DNA of 64,000 bases from Candidatus Heimdallarchaeum endolithica (GCA_021513715.1 CP084167.1:3216843-3280842), one strand, 5' to 3'. Shown: positions 50,635-60,710, counted from the stretch's first letter. Numbers and translations: made by a program. Notes: a model not told the origin generated them from the sequence alone.

Positions 50635-51363
50635 ATGTTATCCTTTGATGCTTTTTTCTTTGACTTAGATGGAACATTAATAGATTTCAATCCTAATGAA
50701 TTTGTGAAAATCTATTTAGGAGCTGCTGCAAGGTATTTCAAGGATTTGATACCAGATAGTGATTATTTTGTTAAATCAATATTAGATTCAACAAAAGTAA
50801 TGGAAATGGCAGATACTCCAAAAAAATTAGCGTTATATGATTTCTTTGATGATTTTTGTCAAAAATTCAATCTTGATTGTTCTACTATAATCCAGAGATT
50901 TAGGAATTTTTATAATACTGACTTTAATGTAGTAGAAAAAATTATTCACCCCATCCCACATGCTGAAAAAGTTCTTTTATTTATTAGAGACAATTATCCA
51001 ACAAGTAAAATTGTTTTATCTACTAATCCAGTTTTTCCAGAGGTGGCTATAGTTAAAAGATTAAACTGGGGGGGATTATCAGAAAATCTATTTGATTATA
51101 TTACCAACGCTGAGAATAGTTATTATTGTAAAGGTTCTCTAAATTATTGGATAGAACTAGCAAAAAAACTTAATGTAAAACCTGAAAAAACATTAGTTAT
51201 AGGGAATGATGGTGCGCGCGATATGATTGCTAAAAAGGCAGGTTTCAAAACTTACTTCTTAATACAAACAGCTGAAAATGAGCATTCATTGGAAAAGTAC
51301 CCTCCAGACTATAAAGGGAGTTTAGCATCACTATTGGATTTATTAAACAAAAAGAAAGACTAA
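50635..51363 (+). CDS. HAD-superfamily hydrolase
   Basis: motif I 'FFFDLDGTLID', motif IV 'GNDGARDM'. Confidence 0.7.
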   Translation: MLSFDAFFFDLDGTLIDFNPNEFVKIYLGAAARYFKDLIPDSDYFVKSILDSTKVMEMADTPKKLALYDFFDDFCQKFNLDCSTIIQRFRNFYNTDFNVVEKIIHPIPHAEKVLLFIRDNYPTSKIVLSTNPVFPEVAIVKRLNWGGLSENLFDYITNAENSYYCKGSLNYWIELAKKLNVKPEKTLVIGNDGARDMIAKKAGFKTYFLIQTAENEHSLEKYPPDYKGSLASLLDLLNKKKD

Positions 51364-51410
51364 TAAGTCCTAAAAATAGCTTTTTCTTAGTTTATTAAAT
51401 TGGGATTTCA

Positions 51411-51479
51411 TTCGCCTATGATGATGCAACGGTCTGCGATTCGAGAGAAAATGAACGCTGATGGGCGGGCTGAGGCGAA
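51411..51479 (+). ncRNA. candidate C/D box sRNA
   Basis: terminal stem 'ttcgcc'(51411-16)/'ggcgaa'(51474-79) clamps C box 'aUGAUGA' (51418-24) and D box 'CUGA' (51470-73). Span is about 69 nt. Internal D'/C' are degenerate. Confidence 0.4.
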
Positions 51480-51520
51480 TTAAATATTTTATTTAATTAA
51501 AAAAAAAGAAAGATTTTTTC

Positions 51521-53230
51521 TTATTCTTTCACTGTTTCGATAATTTCTTTATATTTGTAAAAAGCTAGTCTCTTGTGTCCATTTTCTGCTACTAATCCAT
51601 TTAAATTAGCAGTGATGGTTCTGTCCATTAGAGGGTCACATATAAAACCAGTTATCTTCTGGTTATTTACTATTATTTCTAGTTGTCTAGCTAATGTTCC
51701 CGCTTGAATTCTTTCTCCATACATCATAGGTGAAAAACTAGTTGAACTAATCCACAAAGTCTTATTGGCTTGTTCTGTCACATTTAGGTATTCATTAAAA
51801 TTAAGGTCTCTGTCTTGATAAACGTAAATATTAATTATTGCTAAATCAATTGTTGTAGAGTTCCATAAACCATCAAATAATCCATTGTCAATATCGTCTA
51901 ATGTTACAGAAACTGCAACTTTTGTTTTATTAGAAAGAGAATGAATTAAGTTCGCTGTATTATTTATTGTAAGTGTCCAATCATTGTTAGTTATGCTTTC
52001 TTCAGGGTCCATGAAATAAGTTTGAAAAACAATTGGCTGGGGATAGATTACAAGATAATCTGGTTCATAATTTTCAACAATCATTTGAGCCTCCATTTCT
52101 ATTGTTCTACTGTAGTTTTCAAATGACTCGTAGGGATAGCTCCATGAAGCATTTCCATAGGCAAAAAGAGCAATTTTTAATCCTTCTGATTTAAGTACGT
52201 TAAGCATATTACCAAAAGATGTTTGATTTGCTAGAATAATATCTGTTAGTACATCAATAGATACTGTATCTACTCCTAGTTCTTTTATAAGATCAAGTTC
52301 AAGAGAAAAAATTTCTTCATAGTTTGAAGGTAAAAAGGTTTGAAAGCTTCCTGTTCTGAGCGAAACAGCAAAATTGAAGTCATCTCTTTGTGAATATATT
52401 GGTTGATAGTTCCTTGAAGTATATTGACTTAAAGATGATAATACTCCCACTCCAATCATACTAAATATTATTAAAAATAAGACAATGAAAACAAAGATAC
52501 CTTTTACTCCATTATTAAGGAAAGTACCTATTCCTCTTTTTTGTTTTTTCTCTTCTACTTTTTCTATTCTTTCAAGAAAAACAGTGCTTTTCTTTTTTGA
52601 AGCTTTTTCTCCTTTCGCTTTCTTTTCTTTTATTTCTGTTTTAGAAACTTTTTTCTCTTCTTCTTCTTCTGAATTTTTTATTTTTCCTTTTTCAAATAAA
52701 TCAATAGGGATTGCTATTGGAATTAATACAAATAGTGGATACCAATAAGCTGTTCCTCCAGTGAAAAATAGAGCTTCAAGTAGTCCATATGAGATGGAAG
52801 GTATTGTTATAATCCAATTTAGAAAACGTGGAAGGTTGAAAGCAGTGTAAGAAGCGATCACATTTAGTAATATTAGAGTAGAATACAAAGCCATAAAACT
52901 GAAAATTATTCCCCCCATACGTTTTAGAAAATCTGTTTCACTCTTAAAAATGTAGACCGTAGCAATAATGTTGTTTATTGATAGAAAAAGAAAACCAAAA
53001 AAGCCTAGAAAACCTGTAGAAGGTAAGTATAATCTTATGAACCATATGAAAGAAGATAACGTTCCGATTGAAATTAGTGCAGATGAAACTAAAGACCAAA
53101 TAAACTGTTTATCTCTTTTCTTTCTTGAAAAACCCTTGTAAAGTGTTTTTACCACTATTATCATATTAAAAATAAATGCGAGAAATATTAGTACTATCGC
53201 ACCATTTGTCCCAAGTAAAGCTGCCATCAA
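51521..53230 (-). CDS. polytopic membrane protein with K/E-rich linker and large C-terminal extracytoplasmic (possibly TIM-barrel glycosidase-like) domain
   Basis: about 7 N-terminal TM helices, 'EEEEEKKVSKTEIKEKKAKGEK' linker, 300-aa globular C-terminal domain. Confidence 0.4.
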   Translation of the reverse strand: MMAALLGTNGAIVLIFLAFIFNMIIVVKTLYKGFSRKKRDKQFIWSLVSSALISIGTLSSFIWFIRLYLPSTGFLGFFGFLFLSINNIIATVYIFKSETDFLKRMGGIIFSFMALYSTLILLNVIASYTAFNLPRFLNWIITIPSISYGLLEALFFTGGTAYWYPLFVLIPIAIPIDLFEKGKIKNSEEEEEKKVSKTEIKEKKAKGEKASKKKSTVFLERIEKVEEKKQKRGIGTFLNNGVKGIFVFIVLFLIIFSMIGVGVLSSLSQYTSRNYQPIYSQRDDFNFAVSLRTGSFQTFLPSNYEEIFSLELDLIKELGVDTVSIDVLTDIILANQTSFGNMLNVLKSEGLKIALFAYGNASWSYPYESFENYSRTIEMEAQMIVENYEPDYLVIYPQPIVFQTYFMDPEESITNNDWTLTINNTANLIHSLSNKTKVAVSVTLDDIDNGLFDGLWNSTTIDLAIINIYVYQDRDLNFNEYLNVTEQANKTLWISSTSFSPMMYGERIQAGTLARQLEIIVNNQKITGFICDPLMDRTITANLNGLVAENGHKRLAFYKYKEIIETVKE

Positions 53231-53334
53231 TTTGTTTCTTAGTAAATATCTATTAAAATGTTGGGTTTCGCTTCATTTTTAGCCTTTTGAAAAATTTTGG
53301 TGCTTAAATAGTACGGTGACAGAGTACACTGAAA

Positions 53335-53709
53335 GTGTTGGCTATGTTCACTTATGAGCTAGAGGACGAATACTTAACATTCATCAAAGAGAGCATAAAG
53401 GAACATGTATTTCAATTACTTGATGAAAATAATGGAAAAATATCTCTAATGAAATTATTTGAGAAAATGATTCACATAAATAATCATTATTTGGCTCAGA
53501 AATTGAGAATCGATGCAGTATTACAAGAATTAGAACTACAAGGGATAATCGAAATAAAAAATAGGGAGATAAGAAGATTATCAATGGGAGTGTTTGATGA
53601 AACTGGCTTTAAAGAAGAATATGTGAAAAACTTTTATGAAAAGAGAAAAAAAGATGAAGAAATAAAAGAAATAATTAGAGTTCTTAGCCAAACTATACTT
53701 TCAGAATAA
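53335..53709 (+). CDS. small winged-helix-like protein
   Basis: 124 aa; 'KISLMKLFEKMIHINNHYLAQKLRIDAVLQELELQGIIEI' helix-turn-helix/wing pattern. Confidence 0.3.
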   Translation: MLAMFTYELEDEYLTFIKESIKEHVFQLLDENNGKISLMKLFEKMIHINNHYLAQKLRIDAVLQELELQGIIEIKNREIRRLSMGVFDETGFKEEYVKNFYEKRKKDEEIKEIIRVLSQTILSE

Positions 53710-53766
53710 AAAAAAATTTTTTACTAAAAGTTTTTATTTTGAAATCAGTAATAGTTCTATGATATT

Positions 53767-54648
53767 ATGTCTGAAGCAAATATACCTCGAATTGTTCTTG
53801 GTTCTGTATTATATCCTTATTTTGAGCGCATTCCACAGGATCATATATTAAAAGATAAAGAAGAACTTGTTAAACTAGTTGAACGGTGTTACCACGCAGG
53901 AGCAAAAGCATTTTTATTTTATCTTTATAATAAAGAAATTGTTGAAATAACAAACAGTATTACTGAAAGTATTCCTGATATATTACCAATGTTTCTCATA
54001 AAGTTTGACAATATGGATCGCATCTTAAATCTTCTCAAAGAACTCAATAAAAAGCCCTACATTTTATTTTTGTCATCAGAGATAAGTGATCAGAGAGATG
54101 CAGAACTTATCCAGCGATTTAAGAAAGCTTTAGGTAAGCATGCTGAACATATAGGTATATATTCAAGAGAGCCAATAGGAACAGTTTCGCAGTTAATTAC
54201 AAGTAATGGAGATATTGAACACTTTCTGATACCTTTTAATTTGTTGGGTTATGGTGTCCAGAACAGAGCTTTACTTGAAATGATTATAAACTCCTCTGAA
54301 AATATTTACTATAGTTCTAATCCTGTAGCTGATGGAAAATTAAAAGTAAGGCAAGCATTAGAATACATCTCGAATCATAATATTAAAGGGATTTTGGTAG
54401 AATTAGAAGATGAAGAAGATATGCTAGAAACGATAAAGTATGGGCGATATTTCTTAGAAACAAAAGACTTTTTGCAAATAACGCTTGAATTTGAAGATAT
54501 CACAGATGTATGTGAGTACTGTGGAATAGGAATGGAAAGATATTACCCACCAAGTAAAAGCGGGGGAAGTTACTTTTATTGTCCTTCATGTGGTCACACA
54601 AAACAAATAACTGAAGTAACATATCAAGAAGATAAAGAAAAAGAATAA
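53767..54648 (+). CDS. hypothetical protein with C-terminal zinc ribbon
   Basis: 'CEYCGIG...CPSCGH' at the C-terminus. Confidence 0.4.
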   Translation: MSEANIPRIVLGSVLYPYFERIPQDHILKDKEELVKLVERCYHAGAKAFLFYLYNKEIVEITNSITESIPDILPMFLIKFDNMDRILNLLKELNKKPYILFLSSEISDQRDAELIQRFKKALGKHAEHIGIYSREPIGTVSQLITSNGDIEHFLIPFNLLGYGVQNRALLEMIINSSENIYYSSNPVADGKLKVRQALEYISNHNIKGILVELEDEEDMLETIKYGRYFLETKDFLQITLEFEDITDVCEYCGIGMERYYPPSKSGGSYFYCPSCGHTKQITEVTYQEDKEKE

Positions 54649-54811
54649 TTGAGTAGAAAAAAAGTCTAGTAGAAATAAAGAAAAAAGTTATCTAAATTCT
54701 AGCAAAAAGATATTTTTCTATTTTTTAGTTTATTATTCTTCGATTTAGTTCTGACTAATTGATTATATTAATAAAGTACAGTGTTTTCTTGTTGTTAGAT
54801 AGGAAAAAGCG

Positions 54812-55408
54812 TTGGTAAGTATGGCTAGATGTAAATATTGTTATCGAACAATCCCTGATGAAGCAGAATTTTGCCCTTATTGTGGAAAAGAGAGACCTAT
54901 AAGAAAAATAGTGGGTGAAATTGAGGGAATAACTAAAAAGGTAAAAGCTAAAATAGAAAAGAGAATTCCTACACTAAGGAAACAAGCTTTAGAGATATTA
55001 GAGCGATTGTCATCTAAAGCCAAACAAGCTTCTTTTCCTGGTTTTGTAGATAGATCAAAAGTTATCACCATTCTAAATGATTTAAAGTCTAAACTAGACG
55101 CTGAAACTGATCAATCCAAGATTCGAGAATACTCTGAATGGGCAAATTTGATTGAGCAGACTATTAGTGGAGAAAATTGTATAATTTGTTATCAACCATT
55201 TGATATTCATGATGGTGAGCATTTAGACGTCTCTCTCTGCCCTTCATGTCACTATGCTGCTCACAATAATCATTTTGAAGCTTGGTTAGATAAAAAAGCT
55301 ATCTGTCCAATATGTAAGGCTTCAATCTCTAAAAATCAATTGGTTAAAGGGTATATTCAACTTAAAGAAGGGGAACTTGTTTTTACTTCTTCAGAAAAAC
55401 AATTTTAA
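54812..55408 (+). CDS. zinc-ribbon plus RING/PHD-like cross-brace zinc finger protein
   Basis: N-terminal 'CKYCY...CPYCG'. C-terminal 'CIICYQPF...(16)...CPSCHYAAHNNH...(10)...CPICK' = C-x2-C...C-x2-C-H-x3-H-x2-H...C-x2-C. Confidence 0.55.
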   Translation: MVSMARCKYCYRTIPDEAEFCPYCGKERPIRKIVGEIEGITKKVKAKIEKRIPTLRKQALEILERLSSKAKQASFPGFVDRSKVITILNDLKSKLDAETDQSKIREYSEWANLIEQTISGENCIICYQPFDIHDGEHLDVSLCPSCHYAAHNNHFEAWLDKKAICPICKASISKNQLVKGYIQLKEGELVFTSSEKQF

Positions 55409-55431
55409 ATTCCCTTATTTTTATCCTCTTA

Positions 55432-56037
55432 ATGATAGTTAATAAGTCTGAACTTTCCAAGATTTTAGTTTCTAATAATATCCTCAAATTTGGTTCTTTT
55501 ACACTAAAATCAGGGGCTAAAAGCTGGTTTTATGTTGATTTAAGACTCATTCCTTCGATTCCTGAAGTGTTCAACTACGTTATTGAATCATATGTTGCAA
55601 AAATAAATGAATTAGATACAATAGATGCTGTTGCAGGAATAGCTGTTGCTGGAATACCTTTTTCCTCTGTAATAGGTTATAAACTTAATCTTCCTTCTTT
55701 AATTGTAAGAAAACAATCAAAAGATTATGGATTACAGAAAATGGTTGAAGGGAGGGCAAAAGAAAAATCAACTATTTTACTTATTGATGATGTAATTACC
55801 ACTGGAGGAAGTAAAACTCCTGCTATTCTTGCACTTCGAGAGAATAACTATGTTGTAAAGGACCTTTTAGTACTTATAGATAGAAGTGAAGGAAAAGCAG
55901 AAGAATTAAAGAATCAAGGAGTTACAGTCCATTCTGTAGCTAAGATAGAGGAAATTTTTGAAGAATGCTTGAATTTATCTGATGAAGACATCTCTCCAAA
56001 TGTTAAAGAAATAATAAGAAATAATTTTAAAAACTAA
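55432..56037 (+). CDS. pyrE: orotate phosphoribosyltransferase
   Basis: PRPP-binding 'LLIDDVITTGGS'. Confidence 0.8.
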   Translation: MIVNKSELSKILVSNNILKFGSFTLKSGAKSWFYVDLRLIPSIPEVFNYVIESYVAKINELDTIDAVAGIAVAGIPFSSVIGYKLNLPSLIVRKQSKDYGLQKMVEGRAKEKSTILLIDDVITTGGSKTPAILALRENNYVVKDLLVLIDRSEGKAEELKNQGVTVHSVAKIEEIFEECLNLSDEDISPNVKEIIRNNFKN

Positions 56038-56837
56038 AATCTCACTCTTCTTCTTACTACTTCTTTCTGTTTTTCATTGAACATTTTTTGATACTTTTCA
56101 GCTTCCTTTTTAGGGTCTGTAGAATAAATAATTGCTCTACCTACATTAACCATAGTCTTAGCTCCAAAGTGGAAAAAGAGAGAATCAGCACTCCCACCTT
56201 GTGCTCCTACTCCAGGAACTAAAGCAATACATCTATCTCCTACCTTCTTCCTGATTAAAGCTACATCCTCTTTTGATACATGACCTGTAGCTCCAATCAC
56301 ACAACCATCAGAAGAAGCTTCTTTGATCTGATTAGCAATATAAAGATAAAGAGGATTGCTATCAATTGTTGCTTTTTTCTGGTATTCTGCCTCAGGATTA
56401 GACATAAGTGTGAGAACAATTATTCCTAATCCATGTTTATGGGCTGTTAGTGTAGCCTTTTTCGTGTTTCCTGCAAAAGGAGAAAAAGTAAAAGCATCAA
56501 ATCCTTCTTCTTTAAACCAGTAAATAGCTGAATCATTAGTTGAACCTATATCTCCAAGTTTATGATCAATAATAGAAAGCATACCTAAAGAGTGAATAAG
56601 TTTGTTTATTTCCTTAACTTCTTCAATTGTTAATCCAATGATATATTGTCTATTAATTTTTATTACGCTTGCATGTTTTTCTACTGCTTTTATTATGTTT
56701 ATCATAAACTCTAGTTTTGTCATCTCTTTAGGAATAGTATTTTTTTCTCTTTGATTTTGTATTGCAGGATCTAAACCTACACACAAATAGCTTTTCTTGA
56801 TTTTAGCATGTTCCAGATACTTATCTACAAAATTCAT
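56034..56837 (-). CDS. pyrF: orotidine-5'-phosphate decarboxylase
   Basis: 'CVGLDP' and 'IIDHKLGDIGST' (DxKxxDI) motifs. Confidence 0.8.
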   Translation of the reverse strand: MNFVDKYLEHAKIKKSYLCVGLDPAIQNQREKNTIPKEMTKLEFMINIIKAVEKHASVIKINRQYIIGLTIEEVKEINKLIHSLGMLSIIDHKLGDIGSTNDSAIYWFKEEGFDAFTFSPFAGNTKKATLTAHKHGLGIIVLTLMSNPEAEYQKKATIDSNPLYLYIANQIKEASSDGCVIGATGHVSKEDVALIRKKVGDRCIALVPGVGAQGGSADSLFFHFGAKTMVNVGRAIIYSTDPKKEAEKYQKMFNEKQKEVVRRRVRF

Positions 56838-56850
56838 TCTTTTATTCCTC

Positions 56851-58044
56851 TTATCTCTTCAACATTATTTTTCCATCTTTTATAACATATTTGATGTTAG
56901 CATATAGTGGAAGATTTTCAAAAGCTGACCATTTAACTTTTGATTTTACCCAGTCTTTATCGATAAAAATGGCTTCTTTAAGGTCAGCAATAATTATATT
57001 TCCATCTTCTATGCTCGCATTGTTAATATTAAGTAATTTAGAAGGAAAACTATGATATGCTTCTATTCCTCTATCCCACGTAATTTCTCCTCTTTTTACT
57101 AAACTGAAAACAGAAGGTAATAGCTCTTGCACTCCAGGCATACCACTTAACTTTTTTTCTTTCTTTTCTTCTACAGTGTGAGGAGAGTGATCAGAGCTTA
57201 TCATCTCAATTTCACCAGTAGAAAAAGCATCTTTTATTTCTATTCTATCTCCTTCTGACCTAAGTGGAGGATTAACTTTCTTTTTCCACTCCTCAATTTC
57301 GCTTTTTTCATCAAAAAATATGTAACGAGGACAAGTGTCAACGGTTAGGTTGTTTCTTTTTGTTACCCTAAGCACACGGAGGGCAAGATAGGAAGAAAGA
57401 TGAGTAACGTGAAATTTCAATCTTGGGTAAATAGAAGACCAGATACTTATTTGTCTTACAGCCTCTCCTTCTGCTTCTGGAGGACGTTGTTTAAGATGAT
57501 TTTTCTTATTTTTGTTTTCATTTAAAATATCAGGGTCTTCAGCATGAAAAATAACAGGTTTGTCTGATTCTATGTCTTCAAGAATTGAAAGAGCTTTTTC
57601 TATATTTTCCTTATTTATTGAGAGGTTTCCAAAAGATTCAGACATAAATACTTTGTAAGCATCACATACTTCATCTATTTCTCTTAACTGGTCAATATTT
57701 GAGTTAGTTATGGCAGAGGCAACAAGTATATCGATTTGGCTCTTTTTTGCTAGTTCTTTTTTTATAATGATATTCTTAACTGAATCAGTAATAGGATCAG
57801 TATTCGGCATGTCTAAGACTTTAACTACTCCACCGTTTAGTGCAGCAATTGACCCTGAAACGAAGTCCTCTTTATGTTCGTATCCAGGTTGACGAAAATG
57901 AACATGAATATCAATTCCTACAGGTAGTCCAATTAAACCCGTTCCATCAATCTTTAGATCTTCTTTAGATTCAATTTCTAAATCTTGAACGTAGAAATCT
58001 TTTGTTAAATTGTTCCAACTTTCTATATTTTCTATTTTTATCAA
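56851..58044 (-). CDS. pyrC: dihydroorotase (amidohydrolase superfamily)
   Basis: 'GIDIHVHFRQPG' metal-binding motif; sits in the pyr cluster. Confidence 0.75.
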   Translation of the reverse strand: MIKIENIESWNNLTKDFYVQDLEIESKEDLKIDGTGLIGLPVGIDIHVHFRQPGYEHKEDFVSGSIAALNGGVVKVLDMPNTDPITDSVKNIIIKKELAKKSQIDILVASAITNSNIDQLREIDEVCDAYKVFMSESFGNLSINKENIEKALSILEDIESDKPVIFHAEDPDILNENKNKKNHLKQRPPEAEGEAVRQISIWSSIYPRLKFHVTHLSSYLALRVLRVTKRNNLTVDTCPRYIFFDEKSEIEEWKKKVNPPLRSEGDRIEIKDAFSTGEIEMISSDHSPHTVEEKKEKKLSGMPGVQELLPSVFSLVKRGEITWDRGIEAYHSFPSKLLNINNASIEDGNIIIADLKEAIFIDKDWVKSKVKWSAFENLPLYANIKYVIKDGKIMLKR

Positions 58045-58899
58045 TCAAATCTCCTCTTTTCTTCCACTTGGTAAACGAGAATAACTGCCAAAATCAGCTA
58101 TTCTTTCTAATTGTTCTTTAGAAAAAACAGGCCCGTCGACGCAGATTCTTAGTCCTTCTGGATCTACAACACAAGCTCCACAAAGACCAAAACCACAACG
58201 CATATGTCTATCAGCTAAACTCATTTGTATATCAATAATATAGTTATAATTTCTACAGATATCAAACAATATTTTCATCATTTTTTCTGGTCCTGCAGAA
58301 TATATAACAACGCTTTTCTTATTATCTTGATTTAAATACTCCTTTACCCCTTCAGTAGGAAAACCTTTTCTTCCATAGCTTCCATCATCAGTAAATGGGA
58401 AAAAAACTATTTTTTTTTCTTTTGTCCATTTTTCTAGAAGTTCAACATAAAGCAGTTTTTCTTTTGTTTTTGCTCCTTCAAAAACAAAGATTTCATCTCG
58501 TTCAGTTCTTCCTTTAATTATCTCTTCTATTAAATACTTAAGAGGGGGCATGCCGTATCCTCCTCCAACAATAATATGTGTTATTGATTTTTTAATCCGA
58601 AAAGCTTTTCCAAAAAACCCTCTTATTCCTACAAGATCTCCTTGTTCAAGTTCAAACAATGCTTCTGTTCCTTCTCCAACTTTAGCAACGCAAAGTTCTA
58701 GTATCTGGTCTCTAATCCCTGCAACACCTATTGGGAATTCATCTATTCCAGGAACCCATAACATAACAAATTGTCCTGGTTTAGGTTTTTTGGGGGTGAA
58801 AGGAAGTTTAATAAAAAATGTTCGTGTATCTTCATCTTCTTCTCTTATTTTAACAATCTTACTCATCTCTGGTTTAGAGTTGTGAAAATACTTAGTCAT
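58045..58899 (-). CDS. pyrK: dihydroorotate dehydrogenase electron-transfer subunit (FAD/2Fe-2S)
   Basis: FNR-like fold, C-terminal 'CGFGLCGACVV' cluster motif. Confidence 0.85.
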   Translation of the reverse strand: MTKYFHNSKPEMSKIVKIREEDEDTRTFFIKLPFTPKKPKPGQFVMLWVPGIDEFPIGVAGIRDQILELCVAKVGEGTEALFELEQGDLVGIRGFFGKAFRIKKSITHIIVGGGYGMPPLKYLIEEIIKGRTERDEIFVFEGAKTKEKLLYVELLEKWTKEKKIVFFPFTDDGSYGRKGFPTEGVKEYLNQDNKKSVVIYSAGPEKMMKILFDICRNYNYIIDIQMSLADRHMRCGFGLCGACVVDPEGLRICVDGPVFSKEQLERIADFGSYSRLPSGRKEEI

Positions 58900-59824
58900 T
58901 ATGGGCTCCTCCTATTAATTCAGAAATAGACTCTAACTTTTGTTCATTCATGTATTTCTTTATTTGTTGGATAAATAAGTTAGTTTTATTTTCTGGGTAT
59001 TTTATTCCTATTGCTGTTCCAACTTCCACTGCCGATGCTCCAGCGAGTAAATATTCTATAACATCATATCCTGAATTTATTCCTCCTACACCCACAATAG
59101 GGATAATTTCTCCAAAACGTTCGAATAAGTCATAAACGAACCTAATCCCAATTGGTTTAATTGCTGCTCCAGATAACCCTCCTCTCTTAAAACCTAAAAT
59201 AGGTTTTTTTGAATATATATCAATAATCATTGCTTTTAGAGTGTTGATTGCCACTAATGCCGATGCTCCTCCTCTTATTGCAGCTTCTGCTATTTCAAAA
59301 ATATCTGTGATGTTGGGAGTAAGTTTAACCCAAATAGGTTTAGAAGTTCTTTTTCTCATCTCTTTTGTGATTTTATATACAAGTTGGGGGTCTGTTCCTA
59401 CTGCTAGTCCCTCTTTTTCAGTATTTGGACATGAAAGATTTAACTCAAAACCAAGAAAAAGTAGATCATCTAATCCTTCTAATACTTCACTAAATTCTTT
59501 AATATTTCCTCCAAATATAGAAACAATAGTAGGAACCTTTTTTTCGATGAGAATCTTTAATTCTTCTTTGTATAGTTTGTAACCAGGGTTAGCTAGTCCA
59601 ACAGAGTTAATTGCACTTTTAATCTCATGTAGAAAAAAAACACTAGGATTAGGATTACCTTCTCTTTCCTCAATTCCAATACTTTTCGTTATAACTGCTC
59701 CAAAACCTGATTTGTAAATTCTGTTTAGTGAAGAATAGGAAGAACCTAACACTCCTGAAGCCAAAATCAAAGGATTACGTAGTGTTATTTTTCCTATTCT
59801 TGTTTCAAGGTTCATCAAAAACAT
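58892..59824 (-). CDS. pyrD: dihydroorotate dehydrogenase catalytic subunit (class 1B)
   Basis: 'NLSCPNT' active-site region, 'GVGGINSG' FMN-binding. Confidence 0.85.
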   Translation of the reverse strand: MFLMNLETRIGKITLRNPLILASGVLGSSYSSLNRIYKSGFGAVITKSIGIEEREGNPNPSVFFLHEIKSAINSVGLANPGYKLYKEELKILIEKKVPTIVSIFGGNIKEFSEVLEGLDDLLFLGFELNLSCPNTEKEGLAVGTDPQLVYKITKEMRKRTSKPIWVKLTPNITDIFEIAEAAIRGGASALVAINTLKAMIIDIYSKKPILGFKRGGLSGAAIKPIGIRFVYDLFERFGEIIPIVGVGGINSGYDVIEYLLAGASAVEVGTAIGIKYPENKTNLFIQQIKKYMNEQKLESISELIGGAHND

Positions 59825-59996
59825 TTTGTTTAGCTATTATTAAAATTTTAGAAGAAACTATACAAACTTGGATTTAGTAATTTTTTTGATAATAGTTTCA
59901 CTTAACCTAAAGGAAAGAAAGAAATTTTTCTAATAACAATAAAACATTAATACTGTGATGTAAAAGTCCTTTATCTCTCAATATATATTAACTCTG

Positions 59997-60707
59997 GTGA
60001 AACAGTTGACACGCATTGCGATCATCTCTGACATACATGGTAATATCTTCGGTCTTAAAGCATTCTTTGAGGATATTAAAAATAAAAAAATCGATGAAAT
60101 TATCTGTTTAGGAGATGTTGTAGGTTATTATCCTTATCCAAATGAAGTAATAGAACTAGTAAGGGATAAATGTACAATAACAATTTTAGGAAATCATGAT
60201 GCTGGAGTTATAGGTGTTGAACCAGAATTCAATTTTAATGATTATGCTTTAGAAGCTCTTAACTGGACAAAGAAACATATAAGCGAAGAGAACCTTAATT
60301 GGTTAAAAACGCTAAAGAAAAGAGTTCAAATTGTGAGAGATAATAAAAATCTATATCTTGTTCATGGTTCCCCATATGATGTTTTTGATTATATTTATGT
60401 TTATGATGAAAGAGACAAGGAAATGATTTTGGAAACTATAGAGTTTTTAAAAACTGATGTTTTGATGGTAGGACATACACATGTTCCAGTAAAAGTAGAA
60501 TATAATAACGGAAAACTTTTTCTTAATCCTGGTTCAATCGGTCAACCTAGAAATGGACATAAGGGTGCATATTATGCTATTTTAGATACTGAAACTTTTA
60601 CTGCTGAGTTTTACAGGCTTTTATACGACTTTAGTGAATTACAAGAAAAAGTGATAGAAGAGGGTTTACCTGAAATTCTTGCAACAAGGTTAGATGAAGG
60701 AAGATAA
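59997..60707 (+). CDS. metallophosphoesterase (YfcE/MJ0936-like)
   Basis: 'IAIISDIHGN', 'LGDVVGY', 'GNHD', 'GHTH'. Confidence 0.7.
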   Translation: MKQLTRIAIISDIHGNIFGLKAFFEDIKNKKIDEIICLGDVVGYYPYPNEVIELVRDKCTITILGNHDAGVIGVEPEFNFNDYALEALNWTKKHISEENLNWLKTLKKRVQIVRDNKNLYLVHGSPYDVFDYIYVYDERDKEMILETIEFLKTDVLMVGHTHVPVKVEYNNGKLFLNPGSIGQPRNGHKGAYYAILDTETFTAEFYRLLYDFSELQEKVIEEGLPEILATRLDEGR

Positions 60708-60710
60708 TTT

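Noticed and set aside
51400-51485. GC-rich island considered as a tRNA
   Set aside because: No acceptor-stem/T-loop (GTTCRANYC) architecture or 3' CCA context. The C/D box sRNA layout fits much better.
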